The position numbers were made by a program, and so were the translations under genes. 64,000 nt of DNA from an uncultured Muribaculaceae bacterium (GTDB taxonomy: Bacteria; Bacillota_I; Bacilli_A; RF39; UBA660), in assembly GCA_964636965.1 (NCBI GenBank), contig CAZWST010000001.1:16302-80301 (forward strand), given 5' to 3'. Numbering within the stretch: position 1 is the stretch's first letter; every line of letters starts with the position of its first letter. The notes beneath the pieces were generated by a model. The model saw only the letters and a program-made list of their open reading frames with translations. It had not been told where the DNA came from and searched no databases. Below are positions 18,830-28,121 of the stretch, one piece after another.

Positions 18830-19730
18830 ATCCGTTAATAGCTGTTTTTATTACATTTATGGAGTTTTTTAATTTTTCTGTTTCTTCATCGGATAGAGGA
18901 ATAAATATTTTTTTCTTTACACCAGTGGCACCTATTATGGCTGGAGTTGAAATACATAAATCGTTTTTTTCATCGTAAGCAGAAACTGATAGAATAATAT
19001 TTTTATCTTCAATAATAGCATTAGTAATTCTTACTAAAGAGGCTCCAATTCCATAGTAAGTTGCACCTTTTCTTTTTATTATTTCATAAGCTGAATTTCT
19101 TACATCTTTTTCTATTTTTTCCATTTCTTCTTGAGTTAAGAATTCACGTATATTTGTTAATCCAATTGTAGCATTACTCCAAGGAACAAATTCAGAATCT
19201 CCATGTTCACCAATTACATAAGCTTCAATATTCTTTGGACAGATACCTACTTTTTCACTAATCATGTATCTAAGTCTTGCTGTATCTAAAGTAGTTCCTG
19301 ATCCAATTACTTTTTCTTTTGGTAGACCCGAATATTTTAAAGTTAGGTAAGTCATTACATCTAATGGATTAGTTGCTACAACAAAGATGCCATTAAAATT
19401 GGAAGCCATAACTTTTGTAACTATATCTTTAAAAATAGAACTATTTTTATTAATTAAATCCATTCTAGTTTCTCCCTGGGCTTGATTTGCACCAGCTGCA
19501 ATTACAACTATTCTTGCATCCTTACAATCTTCATAGTCTCCAACTGTTATATTAATTTTAGAAGGGCAGTAGGGAAGACAGTGACTCAAATCATCAGCTT
19601 CACCAATTATTCTTTCTTTATTAATATCAATTAAGACTAGTTCATCAACATAGGTATTTTGATTAACTAATGCATAGGCATATGACATACCAACATTGCC
19701 ACAACCAATTATTACAACTTTATTTTTCAT
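18822..19730 (-). CDS. ldh: L-lactate dehydrogenase
   Basis: VVIIGCGNVGMSYAYAL Rossmann motif, GEHGDSEFVPWS active-site region, 302 aa. Confidence 0.9.
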   Translation of the reverse strand: MKNKVVIIGCGNVGMSYAYALVNQNTYVDELVLIDINKERIIGEADDLSHCLPYCPSKINITVGDYEDCKDARIVVIAAGANQAQGETRMDLINKNSSIFKDIVTKVMASNFNGIFVVATNPLDVMTYLTLKYSGLPKEKVIGSGTTLDTARLRYMISEKVGICPKNIEAYVIGEHGDSEFVPWSNATIGLTNIREFLTQEEMEKIEKDVRNSAYEIIKRKGATYYGIGASLVRITNAIIEDKNIILSVSAYDEKNDLCISTPAIIGATGVKKKIFIPLSDEETEKLKNSINVIKTAINGLK

Positions 19731-19853
19731 ATTATCACCTATTTTTACTATAACATAATATGTTAAGAAGTTAATAATTTATAAGCATTATCTTTACACT
19801 TTACTTGTATTTTTCCTTAAATGAATTTACAATATAAGTAAGAGGTGAAAATA

Positions 19854-20384
19854 ATGGCAAGAAAGAAAAATGAAGAAGTTAAAGACGTTAAAGAAGTAAA
19901 ACAAGAAAGTACTTATGTACCAAAGAAGACTAATAAAGGATTAGTAGCTGGTTTAATAGTTGTTGCTGTATTTTTTATACTTGTCTCAATAGTTATTCCT
20001 ATTGCGTTTATGGCTTTTGTTATATTTTATTCAGTTAAGAGTACTGAATTTACGCAAGTAAATGAAAATACGATTGAAGTAACTAATGCAGGTATTCAAG
20101 TAAGCGTTGAAGATAGTAAGTATGACGAAAAAGAAAACTGCTATGTTTTATCAACTAAGGTATTATTAACTGATAAAAATAAGTATAATAAAAATATTAA
20201 CTTTACTGATACAATTAATGTAACTTATTCATTTATTGATGGTGATGGCTATACTGTTGGAAGTGAAACTTTATTTATTGGTTCTTTAGATAAATATGAT
20301 AAATGGAAACAAACTGTAAGCTTCTGTGGGGATTATGCATCAAGTGTTAAAAGCTATGAAGTTGAAAGTGTAGATTCATATTAA
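19854..20384 (+). CDS. Membrane-anchored hypothetical protein
   Basis: ATG 19854 after AGAGGTGA; one long TM (LVAGLIVVAVFFILVSIVIPIAFMAFVIF). Confidence 0.6.
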   Translation: MARKKNEEVKDVKEVKQESTYVPKKTNKGLVAGLIVVAVFFILVSIVIPIAFMAFVIFYSVKSTEFTQVNENTIEVTNAGIQVSVEDSKYDEKENCYVLSTKVLLTDKNKYNKNINFTDTINVTYSFIDGDGYTVGSETLFIGSLDKYDKWKQTVSFCGDYASSVKSYEVESVDSY

Positions 20385-20385
20385 G

Positions 20386-21099
20386 ATGTCAAAAAAAAGC
20401 AGTAGCTTAGCACTTATTGCCGTGTGTGCAATATGTGCTTTTTTATATAATAATTATTTTTTAGAAAAAAAAGTAGAAGAACCAAATATACAATATTCAG
20501 AAGATATCTCGAATGTTTTACCTTATGATGGAACAAGTAAATATGTTGTTATTAATAATAATGAACCCGCCTTTTTAGAAGAAGATTTAGTTACAAGATC
20601 TTATGAATTTTATAGTGACCTTGATTCTTTAGGAAGAGCGGGAGTTGCTATGGCTTCTATTGGAATTGATTTAATGCCTAAAGAAGAAAGAGGAGAGATT
20701 GGTTCAGTTAAACCTAGTGGATGGCATACAGTAAAGTATGATTTTATAAATGGTAATTATCTTTATAATAGATGTCATTTAATTGGTTATCAATTAACCG
20801 GAGAAAATGCAAATGTTAAGAATTTAATAACTTGTACAAGAAACGCCAATACTGGTGTGATGCTAGAATATGAAAATATGGTTTCTAAATATATAAAAGA
20901 AACAGGTAACCATGTTTTGTATCGTGTAACCCCTGTATATCAAGGGAAAAACTTACTTGCTAGTGGTATAAATATGGAAGGTAAGTCTATTGAAGATAAT
21001 GGGGAAGGTATAAAGTTTAATATTTATATTTATAATGTTCAAGATGGAGTTAAAATAAACTATGAGAATGGGGATAGTGAAATAGATGAAGCAAGATAG
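20386..21099 (+). CDS. Secreted or membrane-anchored DNA/RNA non-specific endonuclease (Endonuclease_NS_2 type)
   Basis: N-terminal hydrophobic signal; RCHLIGYQLTGENANVKNLITCTRNAN matches the HLIGxQLxG...N nuclease core. Confidence 0.75.
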   Translation: MSKKSSSLALIAVCAICAFLYNNYFLEKKVEEPNIQYSEDISNVLPYDGTSKYVVINNNEPAFLEEDLVTRSYEFYSDLDSLGRAGVAMASIGIDLMPKEERGEIGSVKPSGWHTVKYDFINGNYLYNRCHLIGYQLTGENANVKNLITCTRNANTGVMLEYENMVSKYIKETGNHVLYRVTPVYQGKNLLASGINMEGKSIEDNGEGIKFNIYIYNVQDGVKINYENGDSEIDEAR

Positions 21100-21553
21100 A
21101 GTATTAGAAATTGCGAAAAAGAATTCAGAAGTAATGTTTGAATACTTAGAACAGTTTATGATGGATAAAGACACAATTAGTGGTATAATGGATTTTGAAT
21201 CGAGTAATAATAGATTAGTAGTAGGTATTTCGATTAATCAAGATGGAAGAGAAATTTTTAGAAGAGATTATGATATGGGGTTTTCTTCTATCTATGCCGA
21301 TTTTTTAACTCAAGAATTGGTGAGTAAGATACTCGATGCATTTTTAAGAAGTGAAAGTGTTGGAATTGGCGAGTATGCTTGTATAAAAGATCATCCAACT
21401 AATTCTCGTGATGGTATATATGTATTTAATAATCATAATTCAAAAGTAAATGTCAACTTTAGAGTTAAAGGAGATAATTTTTATGAAATTATGAATAATT
21501 ACAATAAGGCCTTAGATGAATATAGACAAGAGTCTAAACAAGTTAAAAGATAG
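21086..21553 (+). CDS. Hypothetical protein, possible cognate nuclease inhibitor
   Basis: Start overlaps the nuclease stop by 14 nt; cytoplasmic-looking, 155 aa; function inferred from position only. Confidence 0.3.
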   Translation: MKQDRVLEIAKKNSEVMFEYLEQFMMDKDTISGIMDFESSNNRLVVGISINQDGREIFRRDYDMGFSSIYADFLTQELVSKILDAFLRSESVGIGEYACIKDHPTNSRDGIYVFNNHNSKVNVNFRVKGDNFYEIMNNYNKALDEYRQESKQVKR

Positions 21554-21575
21554 TAATTCTATCTTTTTTATTTTG
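21545..21575 (+). terminator. Rho-independent terminator
   Basis: AAAAGATAG / CTATCTTTT stem then T run. Confidence 0.65.
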
Positions 21576-21616
21576 CATAAGTTTAGATATTTTGAATAGT
21601 ATTAAATAGGTGATGA

Positions 21617-22960
21617 ATGATGAAAAAGATAATTCCTATTTTAGGTATTACGGCAATAGGTTTATTACTTATAATAATCGTGATAACTGTTAAAAAATGG
21701 GAAAAAAGAAACTATGGCAAATTAACTGGTACAGTTATATCAAAACAAGATGATGTAATGGTATTTAAAGATACTAGTGATTTTATTTATAAGTTTAAAA
21801 GTAAAGATAATTTAAAAAGTGGAGATGAAGCTGTACTTGAGTATACAGGTGTATTAAATAAAAATGCGAGTAATTTAGATGTTAATATAGTAAGCACGGA
21901 AAAGTTAGTTAATAAAAACCTAGAAGATCTTAGCAATTGGAATGATAATGGGATATTCTCTCAATTTTATAAACAAGCGTATAATACACTTTCAACACTT
22001 AGTTTAGATGAAAAAATTGGAGAACTTCTATTAGTTAGATATCCTGATAAGAATGTTCTTAACAATAACGTTGGTGGTTATGTTTTCTATGAAAAGGATT
22101 TTAAAGATAAAAATTATGCCGAAGTAATTAATATGATTGATTCATTAAATAAAGATAGTAAAACACCAAAGTTGTTTGCTGTAGATGAAGAAGGTGGAAG
22201 AGTTAATAGAGTTAGTACTAATACTAATTTAAGAGATACCCCTTTTAAAAGTCCTAAAGAGATATATGATAATGGTGGATTAGATGCAATAATGGCTGAT
22301 GTAAAAGATAAAGATAAATTATTATCTAGCTTACATATTAATGTTAATTTAGCTCCTGTAGTTGATATGTCTACTAATACAGATTCATATATATATGATC
22401 GTACGATTGGTTATGGAGTTGATGTAACTTCCAAGTATGCTAATGCCGTAATATATGCATCAAAAGGAAGTGATGTTTCTTATGTACTAAAACACTTCCC
22501 AGGATATGGAGATAATAAAGATACTCATACATCTGAATCTACTGATACTACTTCATATTATGAAATAATTAATAATAATATAGTACCATTTAAAGCAGGA
22601 ATTGAAGCAGGTGCAGAAGCAGTATTAGTTAGTCATAATATATTTTCAAGTATAGAATCAGAACCAGCAAGTTTATCAGGTCCAGTGCATAATTTACTTA
22701 GATCAAATCTTAAGTTTACTGGTGTTATAATTACTGATGATTTAGATATGGGTGCTCTAAAAGGTTTTAGTAATAGATATGTTGATGCTCTTTTAGCAGG
22801 TAATGATATTTTAATTGTTACTGATTATGATAATGCATTTAAGCAAATTAAAAATGGAATAGAAAATGGTGTAATAACAGAAGATTATATAAATAAATTA
22901 GTCCTACGTGATTTATCTTGGAAGTACTATAAATTATTAAGTTTCGTTAATAATAAATAA
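21617..22960 (+). CDS. Glycoside hydrolase family 3 beta-N-acetylhexosaminidase (NagZ-like), membrane anchored
   Basis: KHFPGYGDNKDTHT, VDEEGGRV, ITDDLDMGAL motifs; N-terminal TM. Confidence 0.8.
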   Translation: MMKKIIPILGITAIGLLLIIIVITVKKWEKRNYGKLTGTVISKQDDVMVFKDTSDFIYKFKSKDNLKSGDEAVLEYTGVLNKNASNLDVNIVSTEKLVNKNLEDLSNWNDNGIFSQFYKQAYNTLSTLSLDEKIGELLLVRYPDKNVLNNNVGGYVFYEKDFKDKNYAEVINMIDSLNKDSKTPKLFAVDEEGGRVNRVSTNTNLRDTPFKSPKEIYDNGGLDAIMADVKDKDKLLSSLHINVNLAPVVDMSTNTDSYIYDRTIGYGVDVTSKYANAVIYASKGSDVSYVLKHFPGYGDNKDTHTSESTDTTSYYEIINNNIVPFKAGIEAGAEAVLVSHNIFSSIESEPASLSGPVHNLLRSNLKFTGVIITDDLDMGALKGFSNRYVDALLAGNDILIVTDYDNAFKQIKNGIENGVITEDYINKLVLRDLSWKYYKLLSFVNNK

Positions 22961-23008
22961 TTTACAATCATAAGCTTAAACCTTATAATATTTATAAAGG
23001 TGATGCTT

Positions 23009-23890
23009 ATGATTCTTTTTGCTAGTGGAAGAAGTGATATGTCATTTTATCTTTCTTGGTTTATGAATAGATATAAAGAAGGATTTTTAGATGTTAGAAA
23101 TCCTTTTAATAAACACTTAGTAAGTAGAATATATTTTGAAGATGTTGACGCGATTTTATTTTGTACTAAAAATCCAATACCTTTTGTTGATAAGATTAAA
23201 CTTATTAACAAACCAAGTATTTTTCATGTGACTCTAACTCCTTATAAAAGTGAAATTGAGCCCAATGTTCCTGATAAGAATGATGTAATTGATGCAATAA
23301 AGAAAATATCTAATCTAATTGGTCCTGAAAACGTCTATCTTAGATATGATCCAATATTTATAAGTAATACTTATACTTTAGAATATCATAAGAAAGCTTT
23401 TAAAAAGATGACTGAATTACTTGATGGCTGTATTAAACATATAATTGTTTCTTTTATAGATGATTATAAAAATGTAAGAAAGAATATGTCTGTTTTAAAT
23501 TATAAAGCTTTTACTCAGGAAGATTATAAAGAGATAGGTACTTCTTTTTCTAAATATGCTCAACTTCATGGTATGACAGTTCAAACTTGTTTTGAAGATG
23601 AAAACTTATTAGAATATGGTTTTATCAAGGGAGACTGTATGGGAGAAGAGCTTGCTTATAATTTAACGGGTAAACATTTTAAAAGGTGGCATGCAAGAAA
23701 AGAAAAAAAGTGTGAATGCGTTGAACTAGTGGATATAGGTGTTTATAATACCTGTAAGCATTTCTGTAAATATTGTTATGCTAATTTTGATGAAAAACAA
23801 GTTTTAGATAATATTAAGAATCATAACCCTAACTCATCTTTGCTCATTGGAGAACTTTTAGATGATGATGTTATTAAGAGGAGAAAGTAA
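23009..23890 (+). CDS. DUF1848-like protein with C-terminal CX3CX2C motif
   Basis: N-terminus ILFASGRSDMSFYLSWFMNR typical of DUF1848; CECV and CKHFCKYCYAN near the C-terminus. Confidence 0.55.
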   Translation: MILFASGRSDMSFYLSWFMNRYKEGFLDVRNPFNKHLVSRIYFEDVDAILFCTKNPIPFVDKIKLINKPSIFHVTLTPYKSEIEPNVPDKNDVIDAIKKISNLIGPENVYLRYDPIFISNTYTLEYHKKAFKKMTELLDGCIKHIIVSFIDDYKNVRKNMSVLNYKAFTQEDYKEIGTSFSKYAQLHGMTVQTCFEDENLLEYGFIKGDCMGEELAYNLTGKHFKRWHARKEKKCECVELVDIGVYNTCKHFCKYCYANFDEKQVLDNIKNHNPNSSLLIGELLDDDVIKRRK

Positions 23891-23891
23891 G

Positions 23892-24350
23892 ATGTATGAA
23901 GAAATAATTAATGGAATAAAAAAACAAGTATCTACTCAGGAACTTGAACTTATTAAAAAAAGCTCTTTACATTTAGGCGTTTTTAGTGAACCATGTCTAA
24001 CATACATGCTAGATGGCAGAAAAACTATTGAATCTAGGTTTAGTAAGAAAAAGTCCTTACCTTGGAATGGAATCAACTCTTCTGATATTGTCTTTGTAAA
24101 AAAGTCTGGTGGGGATGTTGTTGCTTATTTTAAGATTAAGAGAATAGAATTTTTTGATTTAACTAATTATAGTATTCTTAAAATAAAAGAAGAATATTCA
24201 AATAAATTATGTGTTGATGATAGTTTTTGGGAGTTAAAAAAAGACAGCAAATATGCCACCTTAATATTTATTAGTGAACTTGTTAAAATAAAACCATTTA
24301 AAGTTATGAAAAAGGGTATGAACACATGGCTAAAAATAAAGAAAGATTAG
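23892..24350 (+). CDS. ASCH-domain protein
   Basis: MLDGRKTIESRFSKKK and DIVFVKKSGG pattern; ATG 23892 lies 1 nt after the DUF1848 stop, RBS AGGAGA. Confidence 0.55.
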   Translation: MYEEIINGIKKQVSTQELELIKKSSLHLGVFSEPCLTYMLDGRKTIESRFSKKKSLPWNGINSSDIVFVKKSGGDVVAYFKIKRIEFFDLTNYSILKIKEEYSNKLCVDDSFWELKKDSKYATLIFISELVKIKPFKVMKKGMNTWLKIKKD

Positions 24351-24353
24351 TAG

Positions 24354-24929
24354 TTAATCTTTCTTTTTTAATATATAAGTTAGTAAAACTCCAATAGTTC
24401 TTTCTTCGTTTATTTCACCATTTATACACATATTAATTATTTCATCATAAGTTTTCCAAACATACCCGTCAACAAATTCATTTTCTTCTAAGTTTGCTCC
24501 TGTTTTAGAAACTTCATAATCATCTATTTCATAATAGAAAAGATCCCATATAACCCCAGCACCATCATGTGATGTTTTAATTAATTTTTGATTTTTTACA
24601 ATTAAACCAATTTCCTCTGATACTTCTTTTCTTACGGCTTCATCAACGTGAATTTGAACATCTCCTTTTTTTAAAGATTCTTTATATAAATCTAGAGAAT
24701 CAAAAACTTTTCCTCCTGGAAGGCGGTAGTCCCATTTATCAAGTTCATATCTAAATTCTTTTGATAAAAGTATTTTTTTATTATCCTCTTTATTAATTAT
24801 TAAAGCTCTCACTCCTGGAGGTCGTCTTACCATCTTTCTTTTTATTTTAGTTTTTTGATCATTAATAATGTGTTCTTCTTCGGTTTCTAAAAATTCGAAG
24901 AAGCCATTATTGAATACAGATTTTTCCAT
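24354..24929 (-). CDS. Nudix hydrolase
   Basis: PGGKV...DEAVRKEVSEEIGL Nudix-box-like segment with an insertion. Confidence 0.7.
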   Translation of the reverse strand: MEKSVFNNGFFEFLETEEEHIINDQKTKIKRKMVRRPPGVRALIINKEDNKKILLSKEFRYELDKWDYRLPGGKVFDSLDLYKESLKKGDVQIHVDEAVRKEVSEEIGLIVKNQKLIKTSHDGAGVIWDLFYYEIDDYEVSKTGANLEENEFVDGYVWKTYDEIINMCINGEINEERTIGVLLTYILKKKD

Positions 24930-24961
24930 ATTATCACCTAATTTAATTATAACATTGATTT

Positions 24962-25690
24962 TTATTTTCTTGAAAGTATTTTTCCAATATCAGAAAACTC
25001 TGTTATGGAAGATGTAGCTAGATTAATTAATCTTGCTTCATTCATAGTTATATTATTTATTGAATATTCATAGTCAAGAAAGATGGTATTTATACCTAAT
25101 TTAGAAGGACCTTCAATATCTGATTTGGAGTCTCCAATCATGACTACTTCATTTGGTTTTGCATTAAGTTCGTTTAGAATGACATTAAATCCTACTTTTG
25201 TAAATTTTAAATAGAATCTATCTGCTGAATATATTTTTTTAAAATATTCATGAATGTTATGATAATCTAATTTTTTTATTGCTTGTTTATAATACCAGTT
25301 AGTATAACAGTATAAAATATATTCATTGTATAAACTTTTAAGAGTAGGTATTACATCACTCATGATAAATGTTTCTTTCGGTTCTAGTTCAAACATTTTA
25401 TCTTTTAAGTCTTTTCCATTTAAATTATAAATTCCTAAATCATCTATATAAGTTTTTAAAAACATTTCGTATGATTGTTCACTTAATGAGCCAGTTATAA
25501 CGGCTTCTAGTTCTGTCATTTCCATAGATTTAAAAAGAAGGCTTAAGTATTCATGCTTGTATGGTAGACCAATTGCTTCACATGATTTTCTTAAGAAGGA
25601 TTCAACATTAATCCATCTTGTTAAGGTACCATCTATATCCATAAATATATGTTTTATATTATTTGAATTCATTCTATCAAGTATAATCAT
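24962..25690 (-). CDS. HAD-superfamily hydrolase
   Basis: Motif I FMDIDGTL, motif IV IGDSKSDIEG. Confidence 0.8.
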   Translation of the reverse strand: MIILDRMNSNNIKHIFMDIDGTLTRWINVESFLRKSCEAIGLPYKHEYLSLLFKSMEMTELEAVITGSLSEQSYEMFLKTYIDDLGIYNLNGKDLKDKMFELEPKETFIMSDVIPTLKSLYNEYILYCYTNWYYKQAIKKLDYHNIHEYFKKIYSADRFYLKFTKVGFNVILNELNAKPNEVVMIGDSKSDIEGPSKLGINTIFLDYEYSINNITMNEARLINLATSSITEFSDIGKILSRK

Positions 25691-25784
25691 ATTAATCCGC
25701 TTTCTTTAGTTTTATATTGTAGCAAATATTTTCTTAATTGTATATAGATATAAATATGTTAAAATATATTTATGAGGTGATGCT

Positions 25785-26177
25785 ATGAAAGTTATTACAA
25801 TTAAACAACCTTTTGCATCTTTAATTGCTGCAGGTATTAAATGTTATGAATTTAGAACGTGGAAAACTAAATATAGAGGCGAGATACTTATACATGCAGG
25901 TAAAGGAATAAATAAAAAAGCTATGGAAAAATATAAAGACTATAATCTAGATTATCCAAGCGGTGCGATAATAGCAAAAGCTAATTTAACTGATTGTATA
26001 TTTATAGATAATAATGCAAGAGCTATGTTAAAAAAAGAAAATGATGTGGTTTATTCAAGTGTTATAAATGATAAAGAATGGGTCGGGTATGGATTTAAAC
26101 TAGAAGATGTTAAAAGAATAGATGAAATACCAATTAATGGAAAGTTAAGTTTGTGGGATTATGATTACAAAGAATAA
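25785..26177 (+). CDS. ASCH-domain protein
   Basis: VITIKQPFASLIAAGIKCYEFRTWKTKYRGEILIHAG; close paralog of 51389..51808. Confidence 0.7.
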   Translation: MKVITIKQPFASLIAAGIKCYEFRTWKTKYRGEILIHAGKGINKKAMEKYKDYNLDYPSGAIIAKANLTDCIFIDNNARAMLKKENDVVYSSVINDKEWVGYGFKLEDVKRIDEIPINGKLSLWDYDYKE

Positions 26178-26910
26178 AATTAATTATAATTTAAATAAGG
26201 CGATTGAAACCATTAAATTATTTAAAATATATTTTAACGATAATAATTCAATTGCTTTAGTTGATTATCCTAAAGTAATTGAATATAAAAGTAATGAATA
26301 TTTTATTTATATTTTTTATTCTTGTATGCTAGATTATGGTATGAAATCAATTCCTTATCATAATAATTTGATAAACACTTATCTAAAATATCCGAATATT
26401 TTTAATCCTGAGTTTATACTTAATAATCCTGATATTTTAGATGATATTATTAAAAATAGTATGCATGTTAGATATCCGAAAGTTGCAAAGAATAAATGGA
26501 TAAAACTAAGTAAATTTTTATATGAAAATAAAGATTTAAAGAACATTTTATATAGTTTTAATACATATAAAGAATTATGTTCTTTTATTGAATCAACTGC
26601 TTCTTATGGTCAAAAAACTGGTGGGCTTTTAAAAAGAGTAATAGCTGATGATATTGGTAAGTACAGAGTTGAAGATATTCCAATTGATAGACATGATATT
26701 GAAATAAGTTATTTATTAGGAGTTGTTTCAGATATTAATTTAAATGATAAAGAGATAAAAGCTTTAAGTGATATTTGGGTTAAAGCATCAATTAATGAAA
26801 ATGTTAATCCATCTTTAGTTGATCAATATCTTTGGACAATCGGAGTTAACTTTTGTGCAGCAAAAAAATGTTTAGATTGTCCATTAAATAATATTTGTAA
26901 GAAGAAATAA
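26161..26910 (+). CDS. EndoIII-like HhH DNA glycosylase homolog with Fe-S cluster loop
   Basis: YGQKTGGLL HhH, IPIDRHDIEISYLLGV, C-terminal CAAKKCLDCPLNNIC (Cx4Cx2Cx5C); the N-terminal region parallels 9453..10211; overlaps the ASCH gene by 17 nt. Confidence 0.55.
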   Translation: MITKNKINYNLNKAIETIKLFKIYFNDNNSIALVDYPKVIEYKSNEYFIYIFYSCMLDYGMKSIPYHNNLINTYLKYPNIFNPEFILNNPDILDDIIKNSMHVRYPKVAKNKWIKLSKFLYENKDLKNILYSFNTYKELCSFIESTASYGQKTGGLLKRVIADDIGKYRVEDIPIDRHDIEISYLLGVVSDINLNDKEIKALSDIWVKASINENVNPSLVDQYLWTIGVNFCAAKKCLDCPLNNICKKK

Positions 26911-26939
26911 AATAAATAGATATAAAAAGGGGGATAAAT

Positions 26940-27491
26940 ATGAAAGAGATATTTTTAAGTTTTAGACCAGAGTTTTTTAAACCAATATTATATGGAATGA
27001 AAAAGTATGAGTATCGCAAACGATTTTGTTCGGAAGAAACAAGGGCTTATCTATATTTATCAGGTAATAAAAAAATGGTAATTGGTGTTATGGAGCTAGG
27101 AGTACCAATAAGACTCGATAAAAGAGCATGTGAATTTATTAATTATCCTGATACTTATAAAAGAGTAATAAATTATGTTAATTCAGGTGAACTATGTGCC
27201 ATACCAATTAAATCTCTTTCTTTGTTTGAAACACCAATAACTTTAGAAGCAATAAGAAGTGTTATTAAAAATTTTAGACCACCTAGAATGTACTATGTGT
27301 TAAAAAAAGAAATGGAATTATATAGTATATTAAAAAATAAAAAGTTAAAAGAGTGTGAATTTACTCATAAACATGATCATATTTATTATGATAATTTGGC
27401 CTTGTCAGTTGCTGAAATGATTAAGACTAAAAAGTTTAAAGAATGTGATAATGTCATTAATAAATTGAGCGAATATAAAGATATTTTATGA
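26940..27491 (+). CDS. ASCH-like domain protein with C-terminal extension
   Basis: FLSFRPEFFKPILYGMKKYEYRKRF pattern. Confidence 0.5.
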   Translation: MKEIFLSFRPEFFKPILYGMKKYEYRKRFCSEETRAYLYLSGNKKMVIGVMELGVPIRLDKRACEFINYPDTYKRVINYVNSGELCAIPIKSLSLFETPITLEAIRSVIKNFRPPRMYYVLKKEMELYSILKNKKLKECEFTHKHDHIYYDNLALSVAEMIKTKKFKECDNVINKLSEYKDIL

Positions 27492-27511
27492 TATAATATT
27501 TTTAGAAAGAG

Positions 27512-28072
27512 ATGATTTTTGTGAATAATTATTTTATATTACATGGAAGTTTTAGTAGTCCTTTTTCTAATTGGATTCCTTATTTAAGAAGTGAATTTGA
27601 AAAAATGTCTAAAATTGTTTATACACCTGATTTACCTTCGGGTGTAGGGTATCAAAATTATGAATCTTGGAAGAAAATGATGGATGTTTACTGTGATGCT
27701 GGTTTAATAAATGAAAATACAATTATATTTGCACATTCAATTGCGCCAGTGTTTATATCTAAATACTTAATTGAAAAAAAGATAAAAGTTAAAAGATTAG
27801 TATTTGTTTGTGGATTTAATAATTATCTTGGAATAAATGAAGAATATGATGCTGTAAATAAGAGTATGTATTTAGATAATTTAAGTGATATTAAAGCTTA
27901 TTCAGATGATATTGTATGTTATTTTTCTGATAATGATCCATATGTTAAGTATGATGTTGAAAAAGAATTTGCAAATGCTGTTACAGAAAATGTACACATT
28001 ATTCCAAATGGAGGACACTTAAATTCTGAATCAGGTTATAGTGAATTTCCAGAACTACTCAATTATCTTTGA
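27512..28072 (+). CDS. YdeN/RBBP9-type alpha/beta serine hydrolase
   Basis: FILHGSFSSPFSNWIPYL, FAHSIAP nucleophile elbow, DNDPYV, GGHLN. Confidence 0.65.
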   Translation: MIFVNNYFILHGSFSSPFSNWIPYLRSEFEKMSKIVYTPDLPSGVGYQNYESWKKMMDVYCDAGLINENTIIFAHSIAPVFISKYLIEKKIKVKRLVFVCGFNNYLGINEEYDAVNKSMYLDNLSDIKAYSDDIVCYFSDNDPYVKYDVEKEFANAVTENVHIIPNGGHLNSESGYSEFPELLNYL

Positions 28073-28121
28073 CTTTAGATAATAATTGTTTTAAAATATC
28101 TTTTATCTGGGGGAAAATCTT

